DNA of 64,000 bases from an uncultured Pelagibacteraceae bacterium (GTDB taxonomy: Bacteria; Pseudomonadota; Alphaproteobacteria; Pelagibacterales; AG-422-B15), in the NCBI GenBank assembly GCA_902619105.1, contig CACNCV010000001.1:2121-66120 (forward strand), given 5' to 3'. The notes beneath the pieces are model-generated. The model worked only from the letters and a program-made list of their open reading frames with translations. It did not search any database and was not told where the DNA came from. Shown one piece after another: positions 32,276 through 43,368 of the stretch. Positions within the stretch are counted from its first letter, which is position 1. The number at the start of each line of letters is the position of its first letter. Both the position numbers and the translations under genes were made by a program.

Positions 32276-32899
32276 ATGATTGATTCGCCTGATGCTCTAA
32301 AAGAGCTCTTGCCAAATGTTTCACGTGAAACAATAGAGAAATTGGCTGAATTCAGGGAAATGATTTTAGCAGAAGACCAAAACTTAATATCAAAGAATGA
32401 TAAAAATTTTATCTGGATAAGACACTTTTATGATTCTTTAAGATTAGCTCAGTTTATAACTAGCAATGGAAATGATATCATTGATATTGGAAGTGGTGCT
32501 GGCCTTCCAGGTATACCAGTTTCGATAATATTTGGCCCAAAAAATAAGGTTTTTTTATGTGAAAATAGACCTAAAAGAGTATCGTTTCTTAACAAATGTA
32601 TTGTTAACTTAGATCTTAAAAACACTGAAGTGATTCCCATTAAAGCAGAAAAAATTGAAAATAAAAAATTTGATATCATTTTAGCAAGAGCTGTTAGCCA
32701 ATTAAATCACTTATTATCAATTAGTTATAATATATGCAAAAAAAACACTACATTGCTTTTGCATAAAGGTGTACATATAGAAGAAGAGATCGTGCAAGCT
32801 ACTAAATGTTGGGATTTTACTCATATATTGCATGAAAATGAGAGAGAAAAGGGTTCTTTTATTTTGGAAATAAAAAATATAATAAAATCAATAACTTAA
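32276..32899 (+). CDS. rsmG: 16S rRNA m7G527 methyltransferase RsmG (GidB)
   Basis: RHFYDS, DIGSGAGLPG, ARA; between mnmG and parA. Confidence 0.96.
   Translation: MIDSPDALKELLPNVSRETIEKLAEFREMILAEDQNLISKNDKNFIWIRHFYDSLRLAQFITSNGNDIIDIGSGAGLPGIPVSIIFGPKNKVFLCENRPKRVSFLNKCIVNLDLKNTEVIPIKAEKIENKKFDIILARAVSQLNHLLSISYNICKKNTTLLLHKGVHIEEEIVQATKCWDFTHILHENEREKGSFILEIKNIIKSIT
32317..32332. promoter_or_regulatory. parS centromere site
   Basis: Perfect 16-bp palindrome TGTTTCACGTGAAACA (canonical parS), within rsmG codons NVSRET. Confidence 0.93.
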
Positions 32900-33687
32900 T
32901 GAAAAATAAAATAATAGCTATCTCAAATCAGAAAGGTGGAGTGGGAAAAACTACAACAGCAATAAACTTATCCACAGCCTTAGCCGCTATTGGGGAAAAA
33001 GTTTTAATTATTGATCTCGACCCTCAAGGAAATGCTAGCACTGGCTTAGGCATAGATTATCAAAAGAGATCAAACTCAATTTATGAAGTTCTGGCATCTC
33101 AAAGCAATTTATTTGATGCAATTCAAAATACTGAAATAGAAAATTTAAAAATCATTCCATCCACAGTGGATCTATCAGGCATTGAACCTGAACTTGCTGA
33201 AGTAAATGATAGAGCTTTTACACTGAAAAAAATTTTAACAGACCAAAACTCATTAAATGATTTTAGTTTTGTTTTTATTGATTGCCCACCAGCTTTAAGT
33301 CTTCTCACTGTCATGGCAATGACCGCAGCTGATTCTGTCATAGTCCCACTTCAATGTGAATTTTTTGCTTTAGAAGGTCTTAGTCAACTAATAAAAACAA
33401 TTGATAGGGTTAAACAAAATCTAAATCAAAATTTAACAATCGATGGAATAGTGTTAACAATGTTCGATGCAAGAAATAAACTTTCCTCACAAGTTGCTGA
33501 CGATGTTAAAAAACATTTAAGTCAACAAGTATATGAAACCATAATACCCCGTAACGTAAGAGTTTCAGAAGCTCCTTCATTTGGTATGCCTGCATTAATT
33601 TATGATCAAAAGGCTGCCGGTAGTCAGGCATATTTAAGATTAGCGGATGAGATCATAAGACAAAACAAAGAACAGGAAGCAGCTTAA
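32899..33687 (+). CDS. parA: Chromosome partitioning ATPase ParA
   Basis: NQKGGVGKTT, DLDPQGNA, DCPP, QCEFFALEG, IPRNVRVSEAPS. Confidence 0.98.
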   Translation: MKNKIIAISNQKGGVGKTTTAINLSTALAAIGEKVLIIDLDPQGNASTGLGIDYQKRSNSIYEVLASQSNLFDAIQNTEIENLKIIPSTVDLSGIEPELAEVNDRAFTLKKILTDQNSLNDFSFVFIDCPPALSLLTVMAMTAADSVIVPLQCEFFALEGLSQLIKTIDRVKQNLNQNLTIDGIVLTMFDARNKLSSQVADDVKKHLSQQVYETIIPRNVRVSEAPSFGMPALIYDQKAAGSQAYLRLADEIIRQNKEQEAA

Positions 33688-34547
33688 TGAGTTCATCAAT
33701 TTCAAAAAAAGGTTTGGGTCGTGGACTTTCATCACTTATGGGTGATACTAAAGATGTCTCAATTCAAAATGAAACTTCAAATCAAGAAACAAAAATTTCT
33801 ATTTCAAATTTAAAACCAAGCCCGTCACAGCCCCGAAGGCTATTTGATAAAAATAGTATTAATGAACTGGCTGAGTCAATAAAATCAAAAGGACTGGTAC
33901 AACCCATATTAGTTAGACCTTCACCAACAGAGTCTGGAACATATGAAATCATTGCAGGTGAGAGAAGATGGCGAGCGGCCCAAATTGCACAACTTCACGA
34001 AATTCCTGCAGTTGTTAGAAAACTAGATGATGTAGAAGCGTTAGAAATCGCAATTATAGAAAATGTACAACGTTCTGATCTATCACCAATTGAGGAAGCT
34101 GCGGGATATAAAAGATTAATTGAAAACCACGGCCATACTCAAGAAGCACTTGCAGACATCGTTGGTAAAAGCAGAAGTCATATTGCAAATATCATCAGAT
34201 TACTTGGCTTACCTCAGTCCATTCAAGACATGATTTCTGAGGGAAAAATTTCATCAGGGCATGCCCGCGCTATTATGAATAGTGCCTTCCCAGAACAACT
34301 AGCAGAAAAAATTGTTAGCGAAAATTTAAGTGTAAGGGCCGCAGAAGACCTTGCAAAACAAAGAAAGCAAGGTGTAAAGAAAGTTAAATTAAAAGATCCT
34401 GATACGATTGATCTAGAAAATAATTTAACAGCAAAGCTTGGATTAAACGTTTTGATTGATCACAAAGGAAAAAAGGGCGGTTCAATTAAAATAGAATACA
34501 AGTCTCTTGATCAATTAGAATTAGTGACTGCTAAATTAAAAAATTAA
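33687..34547 (+). CDS. parB: Chromosome partitioning protein ParB
   Basis: GLGRGL, QPR, GERRWRA, IENVQR, HTH KSRSHIAN. Confidence 0.98.
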   Translation: MSSSISKKGLGRGLSSLMGDTKDVSIQNETSNQETKISISNLKPSPSQPRRLFDKNSINELAESIKSKGLVQPILVRPSPTESGTYEIIAGERRWRAAQIAQLHEIPAVVRKLDDVEALEIAIIENVQRSDLSPIEEAAGYKRLIENHGHTQEALADIVGKSRSHIANIIRLLGLPQSIQDMISEGKISSGHARAIMNSAFPEQLAEKIVSENLSVRAAEDLAKQRKQGVKKVKLKDPDTIDLENNLTAKLGLNVLIDHKGKKGGSIKIEYKSLDQLELVTAKLKN

Positions 34548-35581
34548 TTTTTAAAATATTGTTTAGCACTGCTTGCAACAAGAAGTATTGTTTTTTCGCA
34601 ATTAAGGATTGCTAGTTTACTATTTAATTTACAAATAATTTCTGCCTCTAATAGTTTATTCAAATTATGTTCGATACTTTTTAAAGGCCATTTAAGACAA
34701 TGTCTTTGAAAACTTTCTTTGTCCTTCCAAAACAAAGGGGGCTTGAGATCTCTCACTGCATTCTCAAAATTGTTACCTTTTTTCATTTCAATTTTTGTTT
34801 TTTGTATTCTAATAATATAATTCATTAAACTTCGTACCAAACTTATTGGATTATTGCCCTCAGATAAAAGTCTACTAATTATTTTAGAGCTTTTAGAGGT
34901 GTTACCATACATAACAGCTTCATTCATTTTATTCAAATTTTGTGAACTGGAGTCATTAAGTAAAAATTTAGCATCATCTAGAGAGAGTGTTTTATCTGTA
35001 TTTCCTATAAAGAGATTAATTTTTTCAAGTTCATTATTGTTAATCATTCGATCATTACTTAAATTTTGCATGAGATAATTTTTAATATCTCGGTCTATAT
35101 TTAAATTATTTTTAGAAATAAAATTTTCCACATGTTGCATTAGGGCTTTCGCATCATCATCATAACATGCAAGCGAAAAACATGATTCATGACTCTCAAA
35201 AAATTTCCTTATTTTAGATGATTTAGTTAGGTTGCCCGCTTTGATTATAAGAACTGAGTTTTGAGGAGCATCATTAATGACAGGTTCAATAAATGTTAAG
35301 TGTTTGTCTTTGGGTGTGTCGACGATCAAAATCCTTCCCTTAAAAAACATTGATACTGTCTTTAAATTACTATCTACAGCATAATTGTCTTCATCCAATT
35401 CTCTACTGCTCAGGGCTAATTCTTCATATTCATTTTTTGAAGTTATGTTATGGATAATTTTTTTTATTTGATCTCTTACTAAGCCCTCATTTGGTCCATA
35501 AACCAGAAAACTTAAAAAGGAGGATTTATCAACATTAATTCTATCCAATTGAAATTCTTTAATCAGCATTTGATTCTGCAA
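34544..35581 (-). CDS. holA: DNA polymerase III delta subunit
   Basis: LVYGPNEGL, CY, ELEK, PPLFWK; leuS-lptE-holA context; start may be an internal Met. Confidence 0.88.
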   Translation of the reverse strand: MQNQMLIKEFQLDRINVDKSSFLSFLVYGPNEGLVRDQIKKIIHNITSKNEYEELALSSRELDEDNYAVDSNLKTVSMFFKGRILIVDTPKDKHLTFIEPVINDAPQNSVLIIKAGNLTKSSKIRKFFESHESCFSLACYDDDAKALMQHVENFISKNNLNIDRDIKNYLMQNLSNDRMINNNELEKINLFIGNTDKTLSLDDAKFLLNDSSSQNLNKMNEAVMYGNTSKSSKIISRLLSEGNNPISLVRSLMNYIIRIQKTKIEMKKGNNFENAVRDLKPPLFWKDKESFQRHCLKWPLKSIEHNLNKLLEAEIICKLNSKLAILNCEKTILLVASSAKQYFKN

Positions 35582-36047
35582 TGCTACTTTCTACTTTTGA
35601 TGTCATAATTTGAAGAGCATTTTTAGTTGCATTTTGGGTCATGCGCTTTTTTATGTCTTCATTGTTGAACTCAGACTCACCAACATCATATTGTGCAAAG
35701 CCTCGACTTATACCTGAGGAAATCATACTGCCGTTATCGGTCTGAATAATCTCGAATTTTATGGATACTTCGATTCTATATTTAGCTACAGTTCCGTTCG
35801 TATTAATAATCAGAGGTGTTTGTTCCTCTTGAACGTTCAATAAAACTTCATAGGGAGGATTATCTTTTGAATAAACAGATTTACTGACTTCATCCTGTAT
35901 TTCTCGTGATACCTGATTAACAATTTTAAAAGTATAGTTTCTTACACCTAAGTCGCCATCTGCAAACTTATACATTGGTTGGAAACCACAACTATTTAAT
36001 AAAAGAAATGCTGTTACAACAAATACTATAGAAATACCTTTACCCAT
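35559..36047 (-). CDS. lptE: LPS assembly lipoprotein LptE
   Basis: Lipobox LNSCGFQPMY; upstream of holA. Confidence 0.82.
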   Translation of the reverse strand: MGKGISIVFVVTAFLLLNSCGFQPMYKFADGDLGVRNYTFKIVNQVSREIQDEVSKSVYSKDNPPYEVLLNVQEEQTPLIINTNGTVAKYRIEVSIKFEIIQTDNGSMISSGISRGFAQYDVGESEFNNEDIKKRMTQNATKNALQIMTSKVESSIAESNAD

Positions 36048-37779
36048 TTTTATCTAATATCTCCATCATTTCTGTCAAATGTGTTTTGTAATTTACCCAA
36101 GCGCCAATTGACTTTTTATTTATTGGTTGCCTTACTTGCTCTAAACTAGCTGTCCTTACCTGTCGTCTGTTTTTGTAAAATTCCATACAACTATCCTCCC
36201 AATCTAAACCACAAAACTTTAGTAATTCAATTGTTATATTTTTTTGATTATTGACTAATTCCTCATTATCAAGAATAAAAATCTCTTGGTTAAACCTTTT
36301 TAACCATACATTCATTAGGTTTTCATGAAATTGATAGTATTTAGCAAGAGTTTTCTGATTATAGCAATAAAGGTGTCTTCCTTCCACAAACCTTTGTGTT
36401 AGTAAAGAAAAACAATTGTCTGCAGGCTGCCTTTTGCAGTAAATTATTTTTGATTCTGGAAAAATATATCTTATCAAATCTATTAATAGAAAATTATGAG
36501 GCATTTTATCACAAATGTATTTTTCACCATGCCTATTTATATTTGTTATTGAGTTAAGATACTCTCTTCTAATATCTACAAGACTTTTACTCGATTCTAA
36601 GCTCTCAAAGTATTTCCTTATATTTTCTGTACTGGGCATGTTTATTACATCCTGTAATTTTGTTAAATGTAATAAATAGCGTAGTTCACCAGCTCCATAT
36701 ACCTCGGAATGAGCTGACAAAATTTGTTCACATAAAGTTGTGCCTGACCTAGGCATACCGCAAATAAATATTGGAATTACGGAATTTTTTTTTATTTGGA
36801 TTTTGGGATAACTTCTGTTTTCTGCAAGCTTTTCAAATAAAACCTCATCTTTTTTGATATCAAAATCTACAATTTGAAAACATAATTCATTCATTATTTC
36901 TAAGTATTTATATGACTCATCAAAATTTTCTATATTTCTAAAGTACTCAAAGAATCCTCTAGCTATAGTTATTTTTTGATCAATATTTAGATCAGAGCTA
37001 GCCAACCTATCTGAAAAAAATTTTATTTCTTGAGCACTCAATAAATTTTTTTTGTCACTTGCGTACTGAGCAAAAAATTGAATGAGATTTTTGACTGGTT
37101 CATTATTCAAGCGTTTTTTGAATAGGTTTTTAAATCCAACATCAATAATTTCTTTTGATTTTTTGAAATCCCCAATTTCTTTGTAAGCAGTACCTAAATT
37201 AATTTGAAACTCTTCATTATTTGGATGTTTTTTTACAAGTCTTTTCATCAAATCAAGAGCTTTATCAATTTCATGATTAAGAACAAGTGCTTTAGCATGA
37301 GTACTAATTGTATTTGGATTATCAGGATCAATTGCAAGTAGTGTGTTTGAATACTTTAGGGAACTTTCGCCATCACCTCTTCGCGCATATAATTCAGCAA
37401 GATTCTTTACTGCGGGATAATAATTATCTGATATTGATAATGCTTTATTAAAACATTTTACAGCAAGCTCATATTCCTTAGCAATAATATAAGATGTACC
37501 CATATTGTTATAAGCTTCAAAACCATTTGGATTTTTTTTTAAACACTTAACAAAGAAATTAAATGAGTCTTCCACTCTACCGGTGTCCTGATAAAGAATA
37601 CCTATATGTCTATTTAATTCATAACTTTCAGGGTATGAAATGAGAAGTTTCTTATATAATTTTTCAGTTTCAGTAAAATTTTTTGATTTATGAATATCTA
37701 TTGCTTTAGCTAATTTATTATAAAATGTTGCATCCTCTAACCCTTTAGACTTATTCTTTCTTCTTTCGTGTCTATTCAT
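36040..37779 (-). CDS. TPR-repeat sulfotransferase
   Basis: N-terminal TPRs (AYNNMG, INLGTAY); [14 protein letters not shown] 5'-PSB, DKMPHNF, TASxxQVRQPI. Confidence 0.92.
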   Translation of the reverse strand: MNRHERRKNKSKGLEDATFYNKLAKAIDIHKSKNFTETEKLYKKLLISYPESYELNRHIGILYQDTGRVEDSFNFFVKCLKKNPNGFEAYNNMGTSYIIAKEYELAVKCFNKALSISDNYYPAVKNLAELYARRGDGESSLKYSNTLLAIDPDNPNTISTHAKALVLNHEIDKALDLMKRLVKKHPNNEEFQINLGTAYKEIGDFKKSKEIIDVGFKNLFKKRLNNEPVKNLIQFFAQYASDKKNLLSAQEIKFFSDRLASSDLNIDQKITIARGFFEYFRNIENFDESYKYLEIMNELCFQIVDFDIKKDEVLFEKLAENRSYPKIQIKKNSVIPIFICGMPRSGTTLCEQILSAHSEVYGAGELRYLLHLTKLQDVINMPSTENIRKYFESLESSKSLVDIRREYLNSITNINRHGEKYICDKMPHNFLLIDLIRYIFPESKIIYCKRQPADNCFSLLTQRFVEGRHLYCYNQKTLAKYYQFHENLMNVWLKRFNQEIFILDNEELVNNQKNITIELLKFCGLDWEDSCMEFYKNRRQVRTASLEQVRQPINKKSIGAWVNYKTHLTEMMEILDKNG

Positions 37780-40348
37780 TTTTTTCTATTACGATATTCA
37801 AAATTTTATTAGGCACATAAATCCTCTTTATAATTTTAGAATCTTCAACATGTTCACTAACATTTTTAATATTTTTTATTTTTTCTATAACCTCTGCCTC
37901 TGTAGCCCCTAAATTTGTTTCTATTTCCGCTCTTCTTTTTCCATTTACTTGAATTACAATTGTTGCTTTTTCTCTAACAATAAATTTTTTATCTGTTTTA
38001 GGCCATGGCTCAGAAGTAAGCGAATTTGTATTGCCACATAAATTCCAACATTCTTCAGCTAAATGCGGAACCATTGGTTCAATTATGCGGATTAATATCT
38101 TTAGTGATATCTTTAAGGCATGTTTTTCACTGGACTGGGTTGGTTGAAATTTTGATATGTGGTTGATGAGTTCATAGATTTTTGCAACACCGACATTCAT
38201 TTGAAATTTTTCTATACTATTTGTAACAGCATCAAGAGATTGATGTGTTTTTTGAAGTAGTAATTTGGCACTTGTTGAGTACTCATTTGTGTCATTCTCC
38301 GTATCATTTTCTCTTAATAAGTGGATATTTGAAGTAATTGTGGTCCATATTTTTTGACAGAATCGCCATGAGCCATGAATACCAGAGTCTGACCAATTTA
38401 TATCTCTTTCTGGTGGACTATCAGATAACATAAACCATCGTGCGGAGTCTGAGCCGTAGTTTTTTATAATTTCTTCAGGGTCTATTACATTTTTTTTTGA
38501 TTTAGACATTGATTCGTTTGGACCCATCGTTACTTCTAAACCATTTGAAGCTTGATACAGCTTTCCATCTCTATGTTCAACATCACTTGGAAATACCCAT
38601 GCGCCCTCTTCGTTCTTAAATGTCGCATGACATACCATTCCTTGAGTGAAAAGAGATTTAAATGGCTCTTTAATGGCCTCTATGTTTAATGCCTTAGAGA
38701 AAAATCTTGAGTACAACAAATGTAAAATAGCGTGTTCAATACCTCCCACATATTGATCAACCGGCATCCAATAATTTATTTCATTTTTATCAAATGGGTT
38801 TTCGCATTTCGGAGAACAAAATCTTAGAAAATACCATGCGGAGTCAACAAAAGTATCGAGTGTGTCAGTTTCCCTTATGGCTTTCATTCCAGTCTCAGGG
38901 CAAGTGGTATATTTCCATGTAGGGTGATTTGCTAGTGGATTTCCAGATTTAGATAAATCAACTTCACTTGGTAACTCAATGGGTAAATCCTTTTCAGGTA
39001 CAGGAATTATTTCTCCATCTTCTCGATACAATATGGGTATCGGGCAACCCCAATAGCGTTGTCTTGAAATGCCCCAGTCCCGAAGTCGATAGTTTATTGT
39101 TTTTTTTCCAATTTTCTTTTTTTCTAATTCATTAATCACTGTTTCTTTTGCTTCTTCAATTGTTTGCCCATTGAGAAAAGAGGAATTAATTATTGAACCT
39201 TCACCGGTATACGCTTCATCAACATCAGTGTTATTGATACCATCGGGTTTTATAACTTGAATTATTTCAAGGTTATATTTTTTCGCAAAATCCATATCTC
39301 TTTGATCATGTGCAGGACAGCCATAAATTGCTCCTGTCCCATAATCCATTAATATGAAGTTTGCAATAAACAAGGGAAGTTTCTTGTTTTTTAAAAAGGG
39401 ATGAGGCACTTCGAGTCTAGTTGAAATACCAATTTTTTCATTTTTGGAAATACTCTCCTCGTTTAATTTTTGTGATTGTAATTTTTTTACTTCATTAGAA
39501 ATATCTTGATCATTCTCTAAAATATCCTCAACAAGGGGGTGAAAAGGAGAAATTGCAATAAATGTTGCCCCAAAAATAGTATCCGGCCTCGTTGTAAAAA
39601 TTTTTAATTGCTTTGTATTAAAGTTTTTATAATTTGAGTGAATATCAAAATTTATCTCGCAACCAAGAGATCTTCCAATCCAGTTTTTTTGCATTAACTT
39701 TACCTTTTCAGGCCAATCTGGCATTTCCTCTAAGCACTCTAGTAGTTCGTTTGCGTGAGAGGTAATATTAAAAAACCACTGCGATAGTTTTTTTTGTTCC
39801 ACTTCGACTCCCGATCTCCAGCCTCTACCGTCAATCACCTGTTCATTGGCCAGCACAGTGTTTTCAACTGGATCCCAATTTACCATTGACTCTTTCTTGT
39901 AAATTAAATTTTTTTTATAAAACATCAGAAATAGTTTTTGTTGCTGGTGGTAATATTCTTTATCACATGTTGCGATTTCTCTTTCCCAGTCTATTGATAA
40001 ACCCATAGACTTAAGTTGCGATCGCATTGTGCTGATATTTTCATATGTCCACTTACTAGGAGAAATGTTGTTTTCAATTGCTGCATTTTCAGCTGGTAAG
40101 CCAAACGCATCCCAACCCATCGGATGCATTACATTATAGCCTTTTGCTCTTTTGTATCGTGCAATGACATCTCCAAGAGTATAATTTCTAACATGGCCCA
40201 TGTGAATTTTTCCAGACGGATATGGAAACATTTCCAAAATATAATATTTCTTTTTTTTAGGATCTAGTTCACTGTGAAATGTTTTATTCTCACTCCAATA
40301 CGACTGCCACTTAGTTTCAATTGTTCTCGGATTATACTTTTCTGACAT
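37772..40348 (-). CDS. leuS: Leucine--tRNA ligase
   Basis: [25 protein letters not shown]. Confidence 0.99.
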   Translation of the reverse strand: MSEKYNPRTIETKWQSYWSENKTFHSELDPKKKKYYILEMFPYPSGKIHMGHVRNYTLGDVIARYKRAKGYNVMHPMGWDAFGLPAENAAIENNISPSKWTYENISTMRSQLKSMGLSIDWEREIATCDKEYYHQQQKLFLMFYKKNLIYKKESMVNWDPVENTVLANEQVIDGRGWRSGVEVEQKKLSQWFFNITSHANELLECLEEMPDWPEKVKLMQKNWIGRSLGCEINFDIHSNYKNFNTKQLKIFTTRPDTIFGATFIAISPFHPLVEDILENDQDISNEVKKLQSQKLNEESISKNEKIGISTRLEVPHPFLKNKKLPLFIANFILMDYGTGAIYGCPAHDQRDMDFAKKYNLEIIQVIKPDGINNTDVDEAYTGEGSIINSSFLNGQTIEEAKETVINELEKKKIGKKTINYRLRDWGISRQRYWGCPIPILYREDGEIIPVPEKDLPIELPSEVDLSKSGNPLANHPTWKYTTCPETGMKAIRETDTLDTFVDSAWYFLRFCSPKCENPFDKNEINYWMPVDQYVGGIEHAILHLLYSRFFSKALNIEAIKEPFKSLFTQGMVCHATFKNEEGAWVFPSDVEHRDGKLYQASNGLEVTMGPNESMSKSKKNVIDPEEIIKNYGSDSARWFMLSDSPPERDINWSDSGIHGSWRFCQKIWTTITSNIHLLRENDTENDTNEYSTSAKLLLQKTHQSLDAVTNSIEKFQMNVGVAKIYELINHISKFQPTQSSEKHALKISLKILIRIIEPMVPHLAEECWNLCGNTNSLTSEPWPKTDKKFIVREKATIVIQVNGKRRAEIETNLGATEAEVIEKIKNIKNVSEHVEDSKIIKRIYVPNKILNIVIEKNE

Positions 40349-40369
40349 AAAAATAAACTAAGTTATTTA

Positions 40370-40933
40370 CTATGATAAGTCGACAGCGGTTTTCAGTGAA
40401 CGAGCTTTAGTTAAAATACTTTCTTTTATTTTATTTGCCTTTTCATTATCTTGGCCTTGATCGATCCAATTTGAACCATCAAATTTTTGAGTAAACATTT
40501 GAACAGAGATCGAATTGTCGTTAAGTTCATTGTCTAATAATCTGACATTAATCTTAATTCTTAATTCATTTTTATTGATTGTATGCCAGTCGGTTATAAT
40601 GATGCCTGATGATGAATCAACAGAGGCCAACGGCATAAAACTTAATTTATCTAAAATGACATTAAAAGTTAGACTGTCCAATGAAGCTTGATAATTTGAG
40701 CTATCCTCGCCTAATACTAATTCTCTAAGCGTTGGAGTTTTTCTATCTTCGTCGAAAAGCGTCGTATGATTTGCTTGACCATCTCTCATGTTATCTTTCA
40801 CTAAATCTTCATGAGTGGTTCTATTTGGTTCAATATCGAGTTGGCTGCAACCTGTCAAAATTAACAAAGCTAACGTTAATAAAGATGGTATGGTGAAAAT
40901 GAGATTAATTTTGTCAAAAACAATGGTTTTCAT
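40370..40933 (-). CDS. DUF3576-family lipoprotein
   Basis: LTGC lipobox, LSFMPLASVD..GIIITDW; typical next to alphaproteobacterial leuS; start at ATG 40933. Confidence 0.82.
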   Translation of the reverse strand: MKTIVFDKINLIFTIPSLLTLALLILTGCSQLDIEPNRTTHEDLVKDNMRDGQANHTTLFDEDRKTPTLRELVLGEDSSNYQASLDSLTFNVILDKLSFMPLASVDSSSGIIITDWHTINKNELRIKINVRLLDNELNDNSISVQMFTQKFDGSNWIDQGQDNEKANKIKESILTKARSLKTAVDLS

Positions 40934-41160
40934 AGAATTTTTAATGATATTTAGCATTAATATATTGAAAAAGAATAATAATTCAAATTTACTGAAAAAT
41001 AATGATTTTTGAGAGATTATCTTATGTGATATAAATGCAACATATATAATTAAAAATAGTGTCATTTATACAAAATCGTTAATTTTTTGAGCTTTTTTGG
41101 TTATATTACTGTCAGTTAAATTTAACTATGATCAACTATCATAATGAAAGGAAAAAATTT

Positions 41161-42126
41161 ATGAATAGATCAAAAATCTTAGGCGCATCTGCGTTGGCAT
41201 CTTTGATGGCCGCTGGTGCAGCACAAGCAGAAATGTCCGTGAGTGGATATTTGCTAGGTGCTTTTGCTGATAGTGATGGTGGTGGATTAGCGGTTTCTAA
41301 TACATCAGAAACAGTTACAGTATCATACTCAGACTCATTAGATAATGGTATGGGACTTGCTGTTGGAATGGATATCACTGACTCATTAGGCACTGTAGTA
41401 ACAATCGACACTGGCATGGGATCAGTAACTTTTAGTGCAGATGGAAAAGGAGACTCAGCTCTTGATAAAGTTGACGGGTCTACTGTTTGCTTCAGCATGT
41501 ATTACTGTGGAGCTGCTTACAATGCGTCATATAACGATGGTGATACTGTATCAGGTAATTCAATCAGATATGTATCTCCAGCAATCAACGGCTTTACTAT
41601 CCAAGCATCAATGGGTCTAGAGGGTACTTACGATAACTCTGGCAAAACTGGTGCTGGTGGAACAGCTGCATCTCCTGCTAACGGATCTGCGACTGAAAAA
41701 GTTCTAGGAACTGATTCAATCGGTATTACTGGTTCAATCATGGGTGTAACTGTAAAAGCTGGTATGGCTGACATTAACTATGACCAAGGTGGAGGAAGTA
41801 CATCAGTTGACCAAACTCCATCTATGTACGGCTTGGGTTATTCTATAGCTGGATTAGATCTTGGTTATAATGTCTATGACTCTGATGACACTGCAAGTTC
41901 TGAGGAAACTCAGTACGGTGTAGGTACATCGATGATGGGAGTGTATCTAGGTGCACAGTTTGCTACACACGATACTACTGGAAACGACACAGATTACATG
42001 ACTTTGAGTGCAATCAAAAGCATGGGAGCTGCATCGTTCTCATATGAGTATGTTGAAGTAGATGAAGCTGGTGGTACGAGCAATGACTCTGATGCTCACT
42101 ACCTCGGTTACTCAATCGGTTTCTAA
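41161..42126 (+). CDS. Major outer-membrane porin
   Basis: SD AAAGGA before ATG 41161, signal AAQA, G/S/D-rich beta strands, terminal Phe, TTC/TAC/AAC/GAC codons suggesting high expression. Confidence 0.88.
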   Translation: MNRSKILGASALASLMAAGAAQAEMSVSGYLLGAFADSDGGGLAVSNTSETVTVSYSDSLDNGMGLAVGMDITDSLGTVVTIDTGMGSVTFSADGKGDSALDKVDGSTVCFSMYYCGAAYNASYNDGDTVSGNSIRYVSPAINGFTIQASMGLEGTYDNSGKTGAGGTAASPANGSATEKVLGTDSIGITGSIMGVTVKAGMADINYDQGGGSTSVDQTPSMYGLGYSIAGLDLGYNVYDSDDTASSEETQYGVGTSMMGVYLGAQFATHDTTGNDTDYMTLSAIKSMGAASFSYEYVEVDEAGGTSNDSDAHYLGYSIGF

Positions 42127-42153
42127 GTTAATTTAATTTAACTTAAGCCTATT

Positions 42154-42189
42154 AAACACCCTACGCATTGTTGCGTAGGGTGTTTTTTT
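42154..42189 (+). terminator. Intrinsic terminator of porin gene
   Basis: 14-bp stem AAACACCCTACGCA / TGCGTAGGGTGTTT, TTGT loop, T tract. Confidence 0.93.
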
Positions 42190-42206
42190 ATGTATAGACT
42201 AAAATT

Positions 42207-42854
42207 ATGTATAAAAGTTTCTTAGTTCAATTTAACAAAGCCGTATTAGAAGCTGGGCGTGATATTGATGAAATTGAGTTGATTGCAGTAAGTAAAAAAA
42301 AGCCACTCAATGATATCGAAAAAGTATTTAATGAGGGGCAACTGTCTTTTGGTGAAAACCAAATTCAAGAGATTGAAACTAAATGGACTAATTTTAAAAA
42401 AGAAAATAAAAATATTTCTCTTCATTATGTTGGATCAATACAAAGTCGTAAAACAAACTCCATACTTAAGCATTGTGATGTAATTCACTCTGTAGACAGA
42501 ATAAAGATTGTAAAACTTATTAGACAATTTGAAGAAGAAACAGGTATCAAAAGAAAATATTTTCTTCAAATCAATACAGGAGATGAACCACAAAAATCAG
42601 GAGTACTATTAAAAGAATCGGATAGCTTTATTGAAGAGTGTAAAAATATTCATAATTTTAATATTTCTGGTTTAATGTGCCTTCCTCCAATTGATGAAGA
42701 TCCTGCTAAGCACTTTAATATTTTGAAGAGTCTTGCTAACAATCACAAAATATCTTCACTCAGCATGGGCATGTCCCATGATTTTAAAACTGCTATTAAG
42801 TGTGGTGCAACGCACATTCGAATAGGAACCTCAATATTTGGTGAGAGGACTTAG
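42207..42854 (+). CDS. yggS: PLP homeostasis protein YggS
   Basis: AVSK, FGEN, IHSVD, GLMC, SMGMS.D, RIGT.IFG. Confidence 0.95.
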   Translation: MYKSFLVQFNKAVLEAGRDIDEIELIAVSKKKPLNDIEKVFNEGQLSFGENQIQEIETKWTNFKKENKNISLHYVGSIQSRKTNSILKHCDVIHSVDRIKIVKLIRQFEEETGIKRKYFLQINTGDEPQKSGVLLKESDSFIEECKNIHNFNISGLMCLPPIDEDPAKHFNILKSLANNHKISSLSMGMSHDFKTAIKCGATHIRIGTSIFGERT

Positions 42855-43345
42855 TTTTTGATATCAATAATCGTATCTTTATTTATTTGAGGGGCAATTT
42901 CTAGCAAATCATTTTTAGATACTGCGACACAGCCCTGAGTACCCCTATAATCTTTATGAGCGACGTGTAAAAATATCGCGCTTCCTTTACCAGGTAAAGT
43001 AGGATTTAAGTTATAGTCAATAACACAGATGATGTCGTATAAATCATCATCTCGAAATAGTTTTTCTGCACTTTGCGTAAATGGAAATTTTACGAATTTA
43101 TTATAAAACTTGCTTTCTGGGTCATCACACCAGCCGTCATCTGGTTGGATTTTTATTGATTTATTAAAAAAATTGATTTCACCTAACTTATCTGCTCTAT
43201 AGTAAATTTCTTTAAATTTAAACTTCCCATATGGTGTACAGCCGTCACCTTCCACTTTACTATTTGTAATACCATTACTTCCAATCGCGCAGGTAAATCT
43301 CTTTCCATTTATATTTAAGAAGTTTTTTTGTACTAAGAGTTTCAT
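42851..43345 (-). CDS. L,D-transpeptidase-family protein
   Basis: EGDGCTP.G, GSAIFLH, TQGCVA catalytic motif. Confidence 0.9.
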   Translation of the reverse strand: MKLLVQKNFLNINGKRFTCAIGSNGITNSKVEGDGCTPYGKFKFKEIYYRADKLGEINFFNKSIKIQPDDGWCDDPESKFYNKFVKFPFTQSAEKLFRDDDLYDIICVIDYNLNPTLPGKGSAIFLHVAHKDYRGTQGCVAVSKNDLLEIAPQINKDTIIDIKN

Positions 43346-43368
43346 TCAATGTTATATTATTAAGTTAA

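Noticed and set aside
32968-32976. Perfect DnaA box TTATCCACA inside parA
   Set aside because: Single copy in conserved coding sequence (NLST); plausible by chance in 64 kb of AT-rich DNA
40934-41160. Long upstream starts for DUF3576 (41065) and porin (41128)
   Set aside because: Signal peptide position and SD sequence favour 40933 and 41161
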